From NCBI GenBank assembly GCA_963771355.1, contig CAVYTA010000006.1, forward strand, positions 1,504,001-1,568,000: a stretch of 64,000 nt of DNA, given 5' to 3'. Both the position numbers and the translations under genes were made by a program. Shown piece by piece: positions 1 through 8,491 of this stretch; position 1 is the stretch's first letter, and each line of letters starts with the position of its first letter. Origin of the DNA: an uncultured Candidatus Rokubacteria bacterium. Its GTDB lineage: Bacteria > Methylomirabilota > Methylomirabilia > Rokubacteriales > CSP1-6. Under the pieces are notes generated by a model, which was given only the letters and a program-made list of their open reading frames with translations, made no database searches and was not told the origin of the DNA.

Positions 1-1188
1 GAGGGCGGCGGCGTCGACGAGGGCGAGGAGCAGCAGGTCCGGCCACTCGGCGTCGAGGTCACGGAAGAAGCGATGGCGCGCGCGGCGCGTGATCTCGCCG
101 GCCTGGGCCAGATGCATGGGTCGCAGGTGATGGCGGACCAGGCGCTCGACCACCGCGGCGGCACGGCGCGAGAGCCGCAGGCGCTCCGCCACCGCGAGTG
201 CACGCGCGGCGCCGATGACGTCGTGGCCGATGAATCGCACGCGTCCGTCCGTCTCGGTTCGCGTCTCGGGCTTGGCCACGTCGTGGAGCAGCGCGGCGAG
301 CTTGAGGGTGGCCCGCCGGGTGAGCCCGTCGCCGAGGTCCTCGGCCAGGTGCGCGATGAGGTCCGGAGCGAAGTCCGCGGCGGGCGCCGCCAGCACCGCG
401 TCGGCTCCCTCCACCGTCCGGAGCGAATGCTCCCAGACGTCGAAGTGATGGGGCTCGGGCTGGGCGGTGGCACGCATCGCGCGGCTCTCCGGCAACAGCA
501 CCGCGAGGGCGCCGAGGTCGTCGAGGAGCCGCAGCCCCTGCCCGGCCCGCGGTCCCTCCAGCATGCCCCCCAGCTCGTCGCGCACCCGTTCCGCCGCCAC
601 GCCGGCCAGGGCGGGCGCGGCGGCGCGGGCGGCGGGCGCGACGCCGACGTCGAGCCGCCATCCCGGCCGCAGGGCGAGCCGCACCGCGCGCAGGATGCGC
701 ACGGGATCGTCGGCGAGAGCGCCGGGCCCGCAGAGCCGGACGCGCCGCGCGGCGAGGTCGGCCTGGCCACCGGTGGGATCGGTCACCGGGGCGCGCCCGG
801 TGGCCGCGAGGGCCCGCAGCGGCACCGCGAGCGCGTTGACGGTGAAGTCCCGCGCGCGGAGGTCAGCCTCGATGGTCGGCGCGCGGAAGTCCGCGAGGTC
901 GATCTGCACCGGGCCCGCCAGCCGGCAGACGCCGCGCGCTTCGTCCAGGACGATATAGGCCGCGCCCAGGCGGTCGGCGAGCCGGCGCCCCCGCGCCAGC
1001 GCGCCGGCGGGCACCGCCAGGTCCAGCTCCGCCGGCGTCTCGCCCCCGAGGACGTCCCGCACCGCCCCGCCCACCAGCCAGGCGGGCGCATCGCCGGACT
1101 CGGCCTCGGAGAGGATCCCGATGACGTCGCGCAGCGCCACGGGAAGCCGGCCAAGCGCGAGCTCACCGCCCGGCGCCGTTCCGCTCAC
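1..1188 (-). CDS. CCA-adding enzyme/poly(A) polymerase family nucleotidyltransferase with HD domain (3' end outside window)
   Basis: Not in the ORF track; translated by hand from GTG at 1188, which overlaps the upstream TGA. Motifs WLVGGAVRD, ELDLAV, DLRARDFTVNALA, HFDVWEHSL, LHDVAKP. Confidence 0.88.
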   Translation of the reverse strand, partial: MSGTAPGGELALGRLPVALRDVIGILSEAESGDAPAWLVGGAVRDVLGGETPAELDLAVPAGALARGRRLADRLGAAYIVLDEARGVCRLAGPVQIDLADFRAPTIEADLRARDFTVNALAVPLRALAATGRAPVTDPTGGQADLAARRVRLCGPGALADDPVRILRAVRLALRPGWRLDVGVAPAARAAAPALAGVAAERVRDELGGMLEGPRAGQGLRLLDDLGALAVLLPESRAMRATAQPEPHHFDVWEHSLRTVEGADAVLAAPAADFAPDLIAHLAEDLGDGLTRRATLKLAALLHDVAKPETRTETDGRVRFIGHDVIGAARALAVAERLRLSRRAAAVVERLVRHHLRPMHLAQAGEITRRARHRFFRDLDAEWPDLLLLALVDAAAL

Positions 1189-2033
1189 CGCGCGCTCACC
1201 ACCCAGCGGCCCGGCCAGCCCGCCACCGTCTCGTCCACGCGGGCGACGCCGGACCGAGCCAGCGCCGCCACCGCGGCCTCGGCCTCCGCCGCCGGCACGC
1301 CGAGCAGCCGGGCCACCCGGAGCGGCGTGGTGTACCGCGCGCCATGCAGATACCGGGACACGAGCTCCCGCAGCGCGGTCGCCCGCGGGAGCCGCCGGCC
1401 CTCCGCCACCGCCTCCGGCAGCCAGCGCTCGACGAGATCCCACCGATATGAGAACGAGGGCTCGTAGCGCTCCTCGGTCTTGACGACCCAGAGCCCCTGC
1501 TGCAGCTCCGCGATGGCGCGCTCGAATTCCCGCGTCTTGGCCGGCTCGAGCATGAAGCACTCCGCGCGCAGGCCGCGCGTGTACTGCGGGGCCTCCCGCA
1601 CGAGGGCGTCCACCACGCGCTTCGCGGTGAGGGAGAGCCGGCCCGCCTCGTACTCGACGCGATAGTCGCGCGCCCGCTGCCGCCCGCGCACCAGCGCGTA
1701 GAAGGCCGGGAACAGGTCGAGGGCGACCAGCACCGGCCGGCCCTTGAGGAGCTTGCCGTAGTAGACGTCGCGTCGGGCGGGCAGCGTGTCCTTGAGCTCC
1801 CAGGTGAGGCCGATGGCCGCGTCGTGATGCGAGCGGCGCGGCCAGCGCGGCTTCGCCCGGCCCGCCACCGCCTCCCACAGACAAGCCAGCCCATCGGGAA
1901 ATCGGTAGAAGGTGGAGCACACGCCCACTTCCTGGACGAACGCGAGGGCCGCCCGCGCGGACCGCACGCGCCGGCCCGGCGACTGACGGAAGCAATGGCG
2001 GCGCTGCGCTTCGAGATCAGCGCCCTGCAGCAT
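1185..2033 (-). CDS. AlkZ/YcaQ-related winged-helix protein (putative DNA crosslink-repair glycosylase-like)
   Basis: 282-aa ORF: AALAFVQEVG..., WELKDTLP...VYYGKLLKGRPVLVA, ERAIAELQQGLWV; tightly coupled to both neighbours. Confidence 0.6.
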   Translation of the reverse strand: MLQGADLEAQRRHCFRQSPGRRVRSARAALAFVQEVGVCSTFYRFPDGLACLWEAVAGRAKPRWPRRSHHDAAIGLTWELKDTLPARRDVYYGKLLKGRPVLVALDLFPAFYALVRGRQRARDYRVEYEAGRLSLTAKRVVDALVREAPQYTRGLRAECFMLEPAKTREFERAIAELQQGLWVVKTEERYEPSFSYRWDLVERWLPEAVAEGRRLPRATALRELVSRYLHGARYTTPLRVARLLGVPAAEAEAAVAALARSGVARVDETVAGWPGRWVVSAR

Positions 2034-2037
2034 GCCG

Positions 2038-2922
2038 CTAGACGAACTGGAGCCCTTGCTCGGTCACGCGATACTCCGCGAACTCGTCGCTCATGGCGCT
2101 GCCGCGGTGCTTGACCACGGCCAGATAGCGCGCGAGCCGCGAGCCCACCCGCTCGCTCCCCAGTACCAGGATGGTGTTCGCCACCGCGCCGATGTCGCCG
2201 CTCGCGACCTTGCGGGCCAGCAGGTGCTCGAGCTGGGTCTCCTCGGTGGTCACGAGCAGGAGCGTGGTCACCGCCCGGTGATCGTAGAGGTGGCCGTCGA
2301 TGTACTCCCGGTGCTTCCACACCGGCAGGCAGAGCTCCATCCCCAGCGTCTCGGCCTCGCGATGTATGGTCTTCCGGTACAGCTCGTCGAAGATGTAGGG
2401 CTGGATGTAGTCCGACGGCACGTCCATCGGCTCGATGCCGTCCACCACGATGCGCCGCGAGCCCGCGCCGAGATGGAAATACACGAACGGCCGCACTGTG
2501 TAGAGCGCGGCATTGTAGGCGGCCTTCCAGTTCCAGTCGAACTCGAACCCGTCCGGCGAGGGCAGCTGGTACTCACGCAGCTTGCCCGCCCAGGGAAACG
2601 CGTCGCAGTAGTAGGCGTCCAGCTCTCCCGGCGGCGGATAGGGATCCGCCATGGGCATCACGGTATGCGTCCAGCGCCTGAGCGGCCAGCCGAACAGGCG
2701 CTCGGCATACGCGTGATGCTGCTGCGAGTCGCCGCGCACGTTCATGTCGAAGAGGATGCCGGGGCGGCCGTCGGCGACACGCCCGTGGCTGGCATAGGTG
2801 AGGCCGAGGTGGGTCTTGCCGATGCCGGTGGCCCCGTAGATCACGGTGAGCGTGCCGGGGAGGAGGCCGCCCCCCAGCATGGTGTCGAGCCGCGGAAGTC
2901 CCGTAGACACGCGCGTCGTCAT
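2038..2922 (-). CDS. single-domain KaiC/RAD55-family ATPase
   Basis: C-terminal part of the 2038..4668 ORF. RVSTGLPRLDTMLGGGL, Walker A GATGIGKT, RIVVDG, LAVVKHRGS; ATG at 2922. Confidence 0.88.
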   Translation of the reverse strand: MTTRVSTGLPRLDTMLGGGLLPGTLTVIYGATGIGKTHLGLTYASHGRVADGRPGILFDMNVRGDSQQHHAYAERLFGWPLRRWTHTVMPMADPYPPPGELDAYYCDAFPWAGKLREYQLPSPDGFEFDWNWKAAYNAALYTVRPFVYFHLGAGSRRIVVDGIEPMDVPSDYIQPYIFDELYRKTIHREAETLGMELCLPVWKHREYIDGHLYDHRAVTTLLLVTTEETQLEHLLARKVASGDIGAVANTILVLGSERVGSRLARYLAVVKHRGSAMSDEFAEYRVTEQGLQFV

Positions 2923-2974
2923 AGGGCCGGATTGTATCGAGCGGCCCCCCGGCGGGGCAAGCGCCCCCGAAATC

Positions 2975-3003
2975 TTGACTCCCCCCGGGGCAGGCCATAC
3001 TCT
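2975..3003 (+). promoter_or_regulatory. sigma-70-type promoter of the HD-GYP gene (probably leaderless)
   Basis: TTGACT-17 nt-TACTCT, 6 nt before ATG 3010. A divergent TACAAT (2936..2931) precedes the KaiC-like gene. Confidence 0.55.
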
Positions 3004-3009
3004 CGCGCC

Positions 3010-4914
3010 ATGCATCGCCAGCTCGTCTGGTTTCCGGACGGCTCGCCGGTCGCGGTGCTGGCCCAAGCGCTGCCCGCGGAGTTCGAGGCGCACCCCCTGT
3101 CCGAGATCGAGAGCCTGCGGCGCCGCGCCGATGATCCCGAAGTGCTCGTGGTGGACCTCGAGGCGGACTCCCCCGATGCCGTCCGCGCCGCGCTGGCGCG
3201 ACCTCGCCTCGTCCCGGTGGTGGGACTCCTGAGCGGGGTGGAGGCCCCGCGCGGCTGGCCCGCCACCCGGTACTCCTATCTGCCGAAGTCGGCCACCCCG
3301 TTCGTCCTGGCCGCCACGCTCGAGCAGGCCTTCGAGCACCTCCGCCTCACCGCGGAGGCCGATCGCACGCGGATGGAGCTGAGCGAGCTCAACGCCATCG
3401 GGGTGCGACTGTCCGCCGAGCGCGACCCCGATACCCTGCTCGGGCTCATCCTCACCAAGGCGCGCGAGATCACGCACAGCGACGCGGGATCCATCTACCT
3501 GGTGGACGAGCCGGAGGAAGGCCAGCCGCGCCTGCGGTTCAAGCTCACGCAGAACGACTTCGTCACGGTGCCCTTCACCGAGTTCACCATCCCCATCAGC
3601 GACGAGAGCGTGGCCGGGCACGTGGCCAAGTCCGGGGAGATCCTGCACCTCGAGGACGCCTACGCGCCCTCCGCGGGCGCGCCCTTCAAGATCAACCGCT
3701 CCTTCGACCAGCAGGTGGGCTACCGCACGAAGTCGATGCTGGTGGTGCCCATGCGGACGCCGGCGGGCGAGACCATCGGCGTGCTCCAGCTCATCAACTG
3801 CAAGCGCGTGGCCTCGCGCCGCTTTCCCGCCGTGGAGGCCATCGAGCGCGAGACCATTCCCTATCCCGAGCGCTTCATGAGCTTCGCGGCCTCGCTGGCC
3901 TCCCAGGCCGCGGTGGCGCTGCAGAACAGCCGCCTGCTGAAGAATATCGAGGCGCTGTTCGAGGGGTTCGTCAACGCCTCCGTCACCGCGATCGAGTCGC
4001 GCGATCCCACCACCTCCGGCCACTCGTTCCGGGTCGCCGACCTCACGGTGGCCCTGGCCACCGCCGCCGACCGCGCCGATGCCGGGCCGTTTCGCACCCT
4101 CCGGTTCACCGCCGAGCAGATGCGGGAGATCCGCTACGCCTCGCTGCTCCACGACTTCGGCAAGGTGGGCGTGCGCGAGGAGGTGCTGGTCAAGGCCAAG
4201 AAGCTCTACCCGAGCCACCTGGAGCTGATCAAGCAGCGGCTGGAGCTGATCAAGCGCGGCGTCGCCCTGCGCTTCGGCGCGCAGAAGCTCGATGCCCTTC
4301 TCCGCGAAGACCGCGCGCGGGCGGTCGGGCGTGCGGGCGCGTGGGACGCCGAGCTCGAGGTCGCGCTGGGGGAGCTGGACGAGCACTTGAAGGCCATCGT
4401 CTCCGCCAACGAGCCCTCCGTGATGGCGGAGGACGTGGCCTCGAAGATCCAGCACCTCGCGGTGGCCGCCTACCTCGACCATCTGGGCGAGCCCCACACG
4501 GTGATCACTCCCGAGGAGGCGCAGATCCTGTCCATCCCCCGCGGGAGCCTCACCGCCGAGGAGTTCAAGCAGATCCAGTCGCACGTGGTCCACACCTACC
4601 AGTTCCTCATCCAGATCCCCTGGACCAAGGAGCTGCGGGGCGTGCCGGAGATCGCGCGCTCTCATCACGAGAAGCTCGATGGCTCCGGTTATCCGAACCG
4701 CATCGGCGCCGCCGAGATTCCCGTCCAGTCGAAGATGATGACGATCTCGGACATCTTCGACGCCCTCACCGCGAGCGACCGCCCCTACAAGGCGGCGGTG
4801 CCGGTGGACCGGGCGCTGGACATCCTGGGCTTCGAGCGCAAGGCGGGCGCGGTGGACGGGGACCTCCTCGAGCTGTTCACGGCCGTCAAGCCCTGGGAGA
4901 AGCGGCCCACCTGA
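3010..4914 (+). CDS. HD-GYP cyclic-dinucleotide phosphodiesterase with degenerate REC and GAF domains
   Basis: GAF (SDAGSIYL, GYRTKSMLVVPM, IGVLQLIN), LLHDFGKVG, HHEKLDGSGYP, ISDIFDALT..RPYK. Confidence 0.92.
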   Translation: MHRQLVWFPDGSPVAVLAQALPAEFEAHPLSEIESLRRRADDPEVLVVDLEADSPDAVRAALARPRLVPVVGLLSGVEAPRGWPATRYSYLPKSATPFVLAATLEQAFEHLRLTAEADRTRMELSELNAIGVRLSAERDPDTLLGLILTKAREITHSDAGSIYLVDEPEEGQPRLRFKLTQNDFVTVPFTEFTIPISDESVAGHVAKSGEILHLEDAYAPSAGAPFKINRSFDQQVGYRTKSMLVVPMRTPAGETIGVLQLINCKRVASRRFPAVEAIERETIPYPERFMSFAASLASQAAVALQNSRLLKNIEALFEGFVNASVTAIESRDPTTSGHSFRVADLTVALATAADRADAGPFRTLRFTAEQMREIRYASLLHDFGKVGVREEVLVKAKKLYPSHLELIKQRLELIKRGVALRFGAQKLDALLREDRARAVGRAGAWDAELEVALGELDEHLKAIVSANEPSVMAEDVASKIQHLAVAAYLDHLGEPHTVITPEEAQILSIPRGSLTAEEFKQIQSHVVHTYQFLIQIPWTKELRGVPEIARSHHEKLDGSGYPNRIGAAEIPVQSKMMTISDIFDALTASDRPYKAAVPVDRALDILGFERKAGAVDGDLLELFTAVKPWEKRPT

Positions 4915-4947
4915 CGCGGCGCCCGCGGCCGGCGCGCGCCTCCGCCC

Positions 4948-5235
4948 TCACGCCGCCATCAGCGCCAGCAGCAGCGCCCACGTCGCCGCGCATGCCACCA
5001 GCGCCGCGCCGCCGAGCCAGGGCTCCAGCCGCGCACGCATCGCCATCTGACGAGTACGTGAAGCCGAAAAAAAAGCGCGCTGGGCCACGAGCGCGTTCCG
5101 CCGCCCGGCATAGAGCCGTCGCGTCGGCCACGCGCCCGAACCGCCCGAGGCACGCAACCCCGCGCGGAAGGGCGCGCGGGGACCGGGACGAGTCCTGCCG
5201 TATCGGCTGCCGATTCGCCTCTCGCTGATCACCAT
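4948..5235 (-). CDS. small hypothetical protein with C-terminal TM helix, downstream of lexA (alternative start 5046)
   Basis: AGGAGG 6 nt before ATG 5235; hydrophobic C-terminus WLGGAALVACAATWALLLALMAA. Confidence 0.45.
   Translation of the reverse strand: MVISERRIGSRYGRTRPGPRAPFRAGLRASGGSGAWPTRRLYAGRRNALVAQRAFFSASRTRQMAMRARLEPWLGGAALVACAATWALLLALMAA
5067..5097 (-). terminator. intrinsic terminator-like hairpin plus U8
   Basis: Minus strand CGCGCT-N8-AGCGCG followed by C and TTTTTTTT. Confidence 0.5.
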
Positions 5236-5253
5236 GCTTCGCCTCCTCGACGT

Positions 5254-5886
5254 CTAGAATCCGCGAACCAGGCCCATCACCTTGCCGAGGATCCGGAAGT
5301 CCGCCCGTCCCGGCTCGACGACGATGGGCTTCATGGTCGGATGCTCGGGCTTGAGCACGACGCGCTCGCCGTCACGCGCGAAGCGCTTCACGGTGGCCTC
5401 GTCGTCCACCAGGGCGGCCACGATGTCGCCGGGCTGCGCGCCGGTCTGGGCGCGCACGAGGACGAGATCGCCATCCATGATGTGGGCGTCGATCATGCTC
5501 TCCCCGCGCACCCGCAGGGCGAACACGTCCGCGCCCTTGCGGTCCACCCACTCCGCGCTCAGCGGGATGGTGCCCTCCACGTTCTGCTCCGCGTAGATGG
5601 GGGAGCCGGCGGCGATGCGCCCCAGCACGGGCACCTCGCGCACGTTACTCCGACGGCCCGCGCCCGAGCGCTGGGTGAGCACGAGGGTACGCGACACGCG
5701 CTTGTCGGTGACCCGGCGCTGGAGCATGCCCTTGCGCTCCAGGGCGCGCAGGTGGTCGAAGGCGGCGCGCGCGGTGAAGCCGAAGCGCTCGCCGATCTCG
5801 CGCACGGTGGGCGGGGCGCTGTTGCGCTCGGTGAAGCCGCGGATGAAAGTCAGGACCTCGCGCTGCCGAGACGTCATCTCTTTCAT
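5254..5886 (-). CDS. lexA: SOS repressor LexA
   Basis: wHTH PPTVREIGERFG, cleavage site GRIAAG, catalytic GESM and EATVKR; RBS CAGGAG. Confidence 0.97.
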   Translation of the reverse strand: MKEMTSRQREVLTFIRGFTERNSAPPTVREIGERFGFTARAAFDHLRALERKGMLQRRVTDKRVSRTLVLTQRSGAGRRSNVREVPVLGRIAAGSPIYAEQNVEGTIPLSAEWVDRKGADVFALRVRGESMIDAHIMDGDLVLVRAQTGAQPGDIVAALVDDEATVKRFARDGERVVLKPEHPTMKPIVVEPGRADFRILGKVMGLVRGF

Positions 5887-5916
5887 TCGCAGTCTCCTGA
5901 GTGGGAGGGGCTTCCG

Positions 5917-5950
5917 CTCAACAGGTCAGTAGTACACAACAGTTGAGTAC
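5917..5950. promoter_or_regulatory. candidate LexA operator(s) upstream of lexA
   Basis: GTACACAAC-A-GTTGAGTAC (5932-5950, one mismatch) and a related copy CTCAACAGGTCAGTA 18 bp away; TTGACT on the minus strand just upstream. Confidence 0.6.
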
Positions 5951-5968
5951 CACAAGTCAAAAAAAATC

Positions 5969-6457
5969 TCAGGCCCGCTCCCAGGGCTCGCAGGAAGGAC
6001 AGGTCATGAACCCGGCGTCCTTGGCCTCGCTCACCTGCTTGAAGTACACGCGCTCGGCCTCGGGAATCTTGCGCACCCAGCCGCAGTCGCGGCCGTGGAA
6101 GAGGCGGCCCCCCCGCTGGGCGAGGTAGGGCTCACCGGGCGGCGGCTCGACGGGCCCCGCGCCCTCCGAGGGAGCCAGGGGATCCAGCACGGTGTCGGGC
6201 AGCGCCTCGGCCTCGGCGAGCGGGCTCGGGGTGGTCGCGGTCTCGGTCACCGCGGGGGTGGTGGTCGACGGCGGCGGATCCAGATCGTTCATCTGGAGAT
6301 TGGTCTCGATGGTGCTCCGGAACTCGTCGCTGGCCCGCCGGAACTCCCGCATGGCGCGCCCCATCGAGCGACCCAGCTGCGGCAGGTTCTTCGGCCCGAA
6401 GACCAGCAGGGCGATCACGAAGATGAGGACCAGCTCTTGAAGGCCGATGTCGAACAT
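5969..6457 (-). CDS. twin-arginine translocase TatA/TatB subunit fused to a C-terminal Ada-like metal-binding domain
   Basis: MFDIGLQELVLIFVIALLVFGPKNLPQLGR...; C-terminal FHGRDC...F...EA..AGFMTCPSCEP. Confidence 0.88.
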   Translation of the reverse strand: MFDIGLQELVLIFVIALLVFGPKNLPQLGRSMGRAMREFRRASDEFRSTIETNLQMNDLDPPPSTTTPAVTETATTPSPLAEAEALPDTVLDPLAPSEGAGPVEPPPGEPYLAQRGGRLFHGRDCGWVRKIPEAERVYFKQVSEAKDAGFMTCPSCEPWERA

Positions 6458-6511
6458 GGTGGCTCAGTGACGGATGATACCACCCCGGCCGAGGGGGCGA
6501 GGAGCGGGCGC

Positions 6512-6985
6512 TCAGGAGGCGGGCTTGGCGACGGCCCTCGACACGGCCCGGCGCGAGCCCCCGACGCGACGGAGCTCCACCGAGACTCCGCGCACCCGCG
6601 TGTTGCACTCGGCGCAGTGATAGCCCAGGCGGACCTCCTTGCCGCAGTCCGCGTGGACCAGCCGCGCGCGCTTGTAGACGTGGCGCGAGCCCCAGTCCGC
6701 CAGCGCGCCCACCACCACCCCCAGCCCCTGCCCGCGCTCGCTGAGGGTGTACTGGGCCCGCGGCGGGTGCTCCGAGTAGAACGCCCGCGTGACCAGGCCG
6801 TGACGCTCCATCAGCTTGAGCCGGTCGGAGAGGATATTCGGCGCGATGCCGGGCAGGCCCGCCTGGAGATCCTGGAACCGCCGCGTGCCCCGGAGCAGAT
6901 CGCGGACGATGAGGAGGGTCCATCGGTCGCCGAGCACCTCGAGCGACTTGGCGACGGGACAGGACTGGCCGTAGCGCTTCGGCAT
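6512..6985 (-). CDS. HxlR-family transcriptional regulator
   Basis: YGQSCPVAKSLEVLGDRWTLLIVRDLL...HPPRAQYTLSERG; C-terminal HADCG..CAEC. Confidence 0.92.
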   Translation of the reverse strand: MPKRYGQSCPVAKSLEVLGDRWTLLIVRDLLRGTRRFQDLQAGLPGIAPNILSDRLKLMERHGLVTRAFYSEHPPRAQYTLSERGQGLGVVVGALADWGSRHVYKRARLVHADCGKEVRLGYHCAECNTRVRGVSVELRRVGGSRRAVSRAVAKPAS

Positions 6986-6991
6986 GTCTCG

Positions 6992-7051
6992 AGTATAGGC
7001 GACGGAGCACCGGTTGACAATTCCGCAAGTCACTATTATTTTAATAGTGAC
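6992..7051. promoter_or_regulatory. divergent promoters and palindromic operator between the HxlR and MATE genes
   Basis: Perfect IR GTCACTATTA-TTT-TAATAGTGAC (7029-7051); plus strand TTGACA-17-TATTTT; minus strand TTGTCA-17-TATACT. Confidence 0.75.
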
Positions 7052-8491
7052 ATGACGACCGCCGCCCTCACCGCCCCCGTGACCGACGCCGGCGCCGCGC
7101 CTCCCCCCCGGAGCGAGGCGCCGGACGCCCCCGATCCGCGCACGCGGGCCCTGCTCGAGGGACCCATCGCGTCCACGCTCCTGCGGCTTGCCGCGCCCGG
7201 GGTGGCGGTGATGCTGCTGCAGGCCGGCGTCGGCACCATGGACGCCGTGTTCGTGGGCTGGCTGGGGGCGGAGGCCCTCGCCGGCGTCTCGCTCGTCTAT
7301 CCGCTGCTCATGCTCATGCAGACCATGTCGGCGGGGGGCATGGGCGGCGGCATCTCCTCGGCGGTGGCGCGCGCGCTGGGCGGGGGCCGGCGCGAGGAAG
7401 CCGACCGCCTCGCCGCCCACGGGCTCCTGGTCGCGCTCGCCATGGGCGCGCTCTTCACCAGCACGCTGCTGGCCGCAGGGCCCGCGGTCTATCGCGCCCT
7501 CGGCGGCCACGGCGCGGCCCTGGATGCGGCCCTCGCTTACTCGCGGGTGCTCTTCGGCGGGGCCGCCGTCTTCTGGCTCTTCAACTCGCTCGCCAGCGTG
7601 ATCCGGGGCACCGGGCGCATGCTCCTGCCCGCGGGGGCCATGGCGGGGGCCAGCGTGCTGTACCTGCTGCTCTCCCCCGCGCTCGTGCTGGGCTGGGGCC
7701 CCCTGCCCCGCCTCGGCGTGGCGGGTGCGGCCGCCGCCAGCGTCATCGCCTTCGGCGCGGGCACGCTCGTCCTCGCCGCGCATCTCCTCTCCGGCCGGAG
7801 CCTGGTCCGCCTGCGGCCGTCGGGATTCCGTCCGCGGGTCGCCCTCTTCTGGGAGATCCTGCGCGTGGGCGCGCCGGGCGCGCTCAACACCGTCTTCACC
7901 AACCTCACCGTGGTGCTGCTCACCGGCCTCATCGGGCCCTTTGGTATCCACGCGCTCGCCGGATACGGCATGGGCGCGCGACTCGAGTACATCCAGATCC
8001 CGCTGGTGTTCGGGGTGGGCTCGGCGCTGGTGGCCATGGTCGGCACCAATGTCGGCGCGGGCCGCATCGCCCGGGCCGAGCGCGTGGCATGGATCGGGGC
8101 CGGCCTGGCCGGCGCGATCACGACCGCCATCGGACTCACCTTTGCGGTGTTCCCGCACGCCTGGCTGGGCCTCTTCACCACGGAGCCCGCGGTGCTGGAG
8201 ACGGGTAGTGCCTATCTCCGTATCGTCGGCCCCGCGTACGGATTCTTCGGCGTCGGGCTCGCGCTCTACTTCGCTTCGCAGGGGGCAGGCCGGCTGGCCT
8301 GGCCGCTCCTCGCGGGCTTCGTGCGCCTGGTGGTCGCCGCGACGGGAGGCTGGGTGGCCACGCGCTGGTTCGGTGGCGGCCCCCACGCAGTGTTCGTGGC
8401 CATCGCGGTGGCTCTCGTCGTGATGGGCGTCATGGTGGCGATTCCCCTCAAGGCCGGCGCGTGGCGTCGGGGTCGTCGAGGTGGCCGATGA
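7052..8491 (+). CDS. MATE family efflux transporter
   Basis: LLEGPIASTLLRLAAP, SAGGMGGGISSAVARALG, GTNVGAG..RA; about 12 TM segments. Confidence 0.93.
   Translation: MTTAALTAPVTDAGAAPPPRSEAPDAPDPRTRALLEGPIASTLLRLAAPGVAVMLLQAGVGTMDAVFVGWLGAEALAGVSLVYPLLMLMQTMSAGGMGGGISSAVARALGGGRREEADRLAAHGLLVALAMGALFTSTLLAAGPAVYRALGGHGAALDAALAYSRVLFGGAAVFWLFNSLASVIRGTGRMLLPAGAMAGASVLYLLLSPALVLGWGPLPRLGVAGAAAASVIAFGAGTLVLAAHLLSGRSLVRLRPSGFRPRVALFWEILRVGAPGALNTVFTNLTVVLLTGLIGPFGIHALAGYGMGARLEYIQIPLVFGVGSALVAMVGTNVGAGRIARAERVAWIGAGLAGAITTAIGLTFAVFPHAWLGLFTTEPAVLETGSAYLRIVGPAYGFFGVGLALYFASQGAGRLAWPLLAGFVRLVVAATGGWVATRWFGGGPHAVFVAIAVALVVMGVMVAIPLKAGAWRRGRRGGR

Noticed and set aside
2032..4914. 960-aa and 876-aa fully overlapping ORFs
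   Set aside because: Each is a real gene (starts 3010 + and 2922 -) extended through the antisense of the other.
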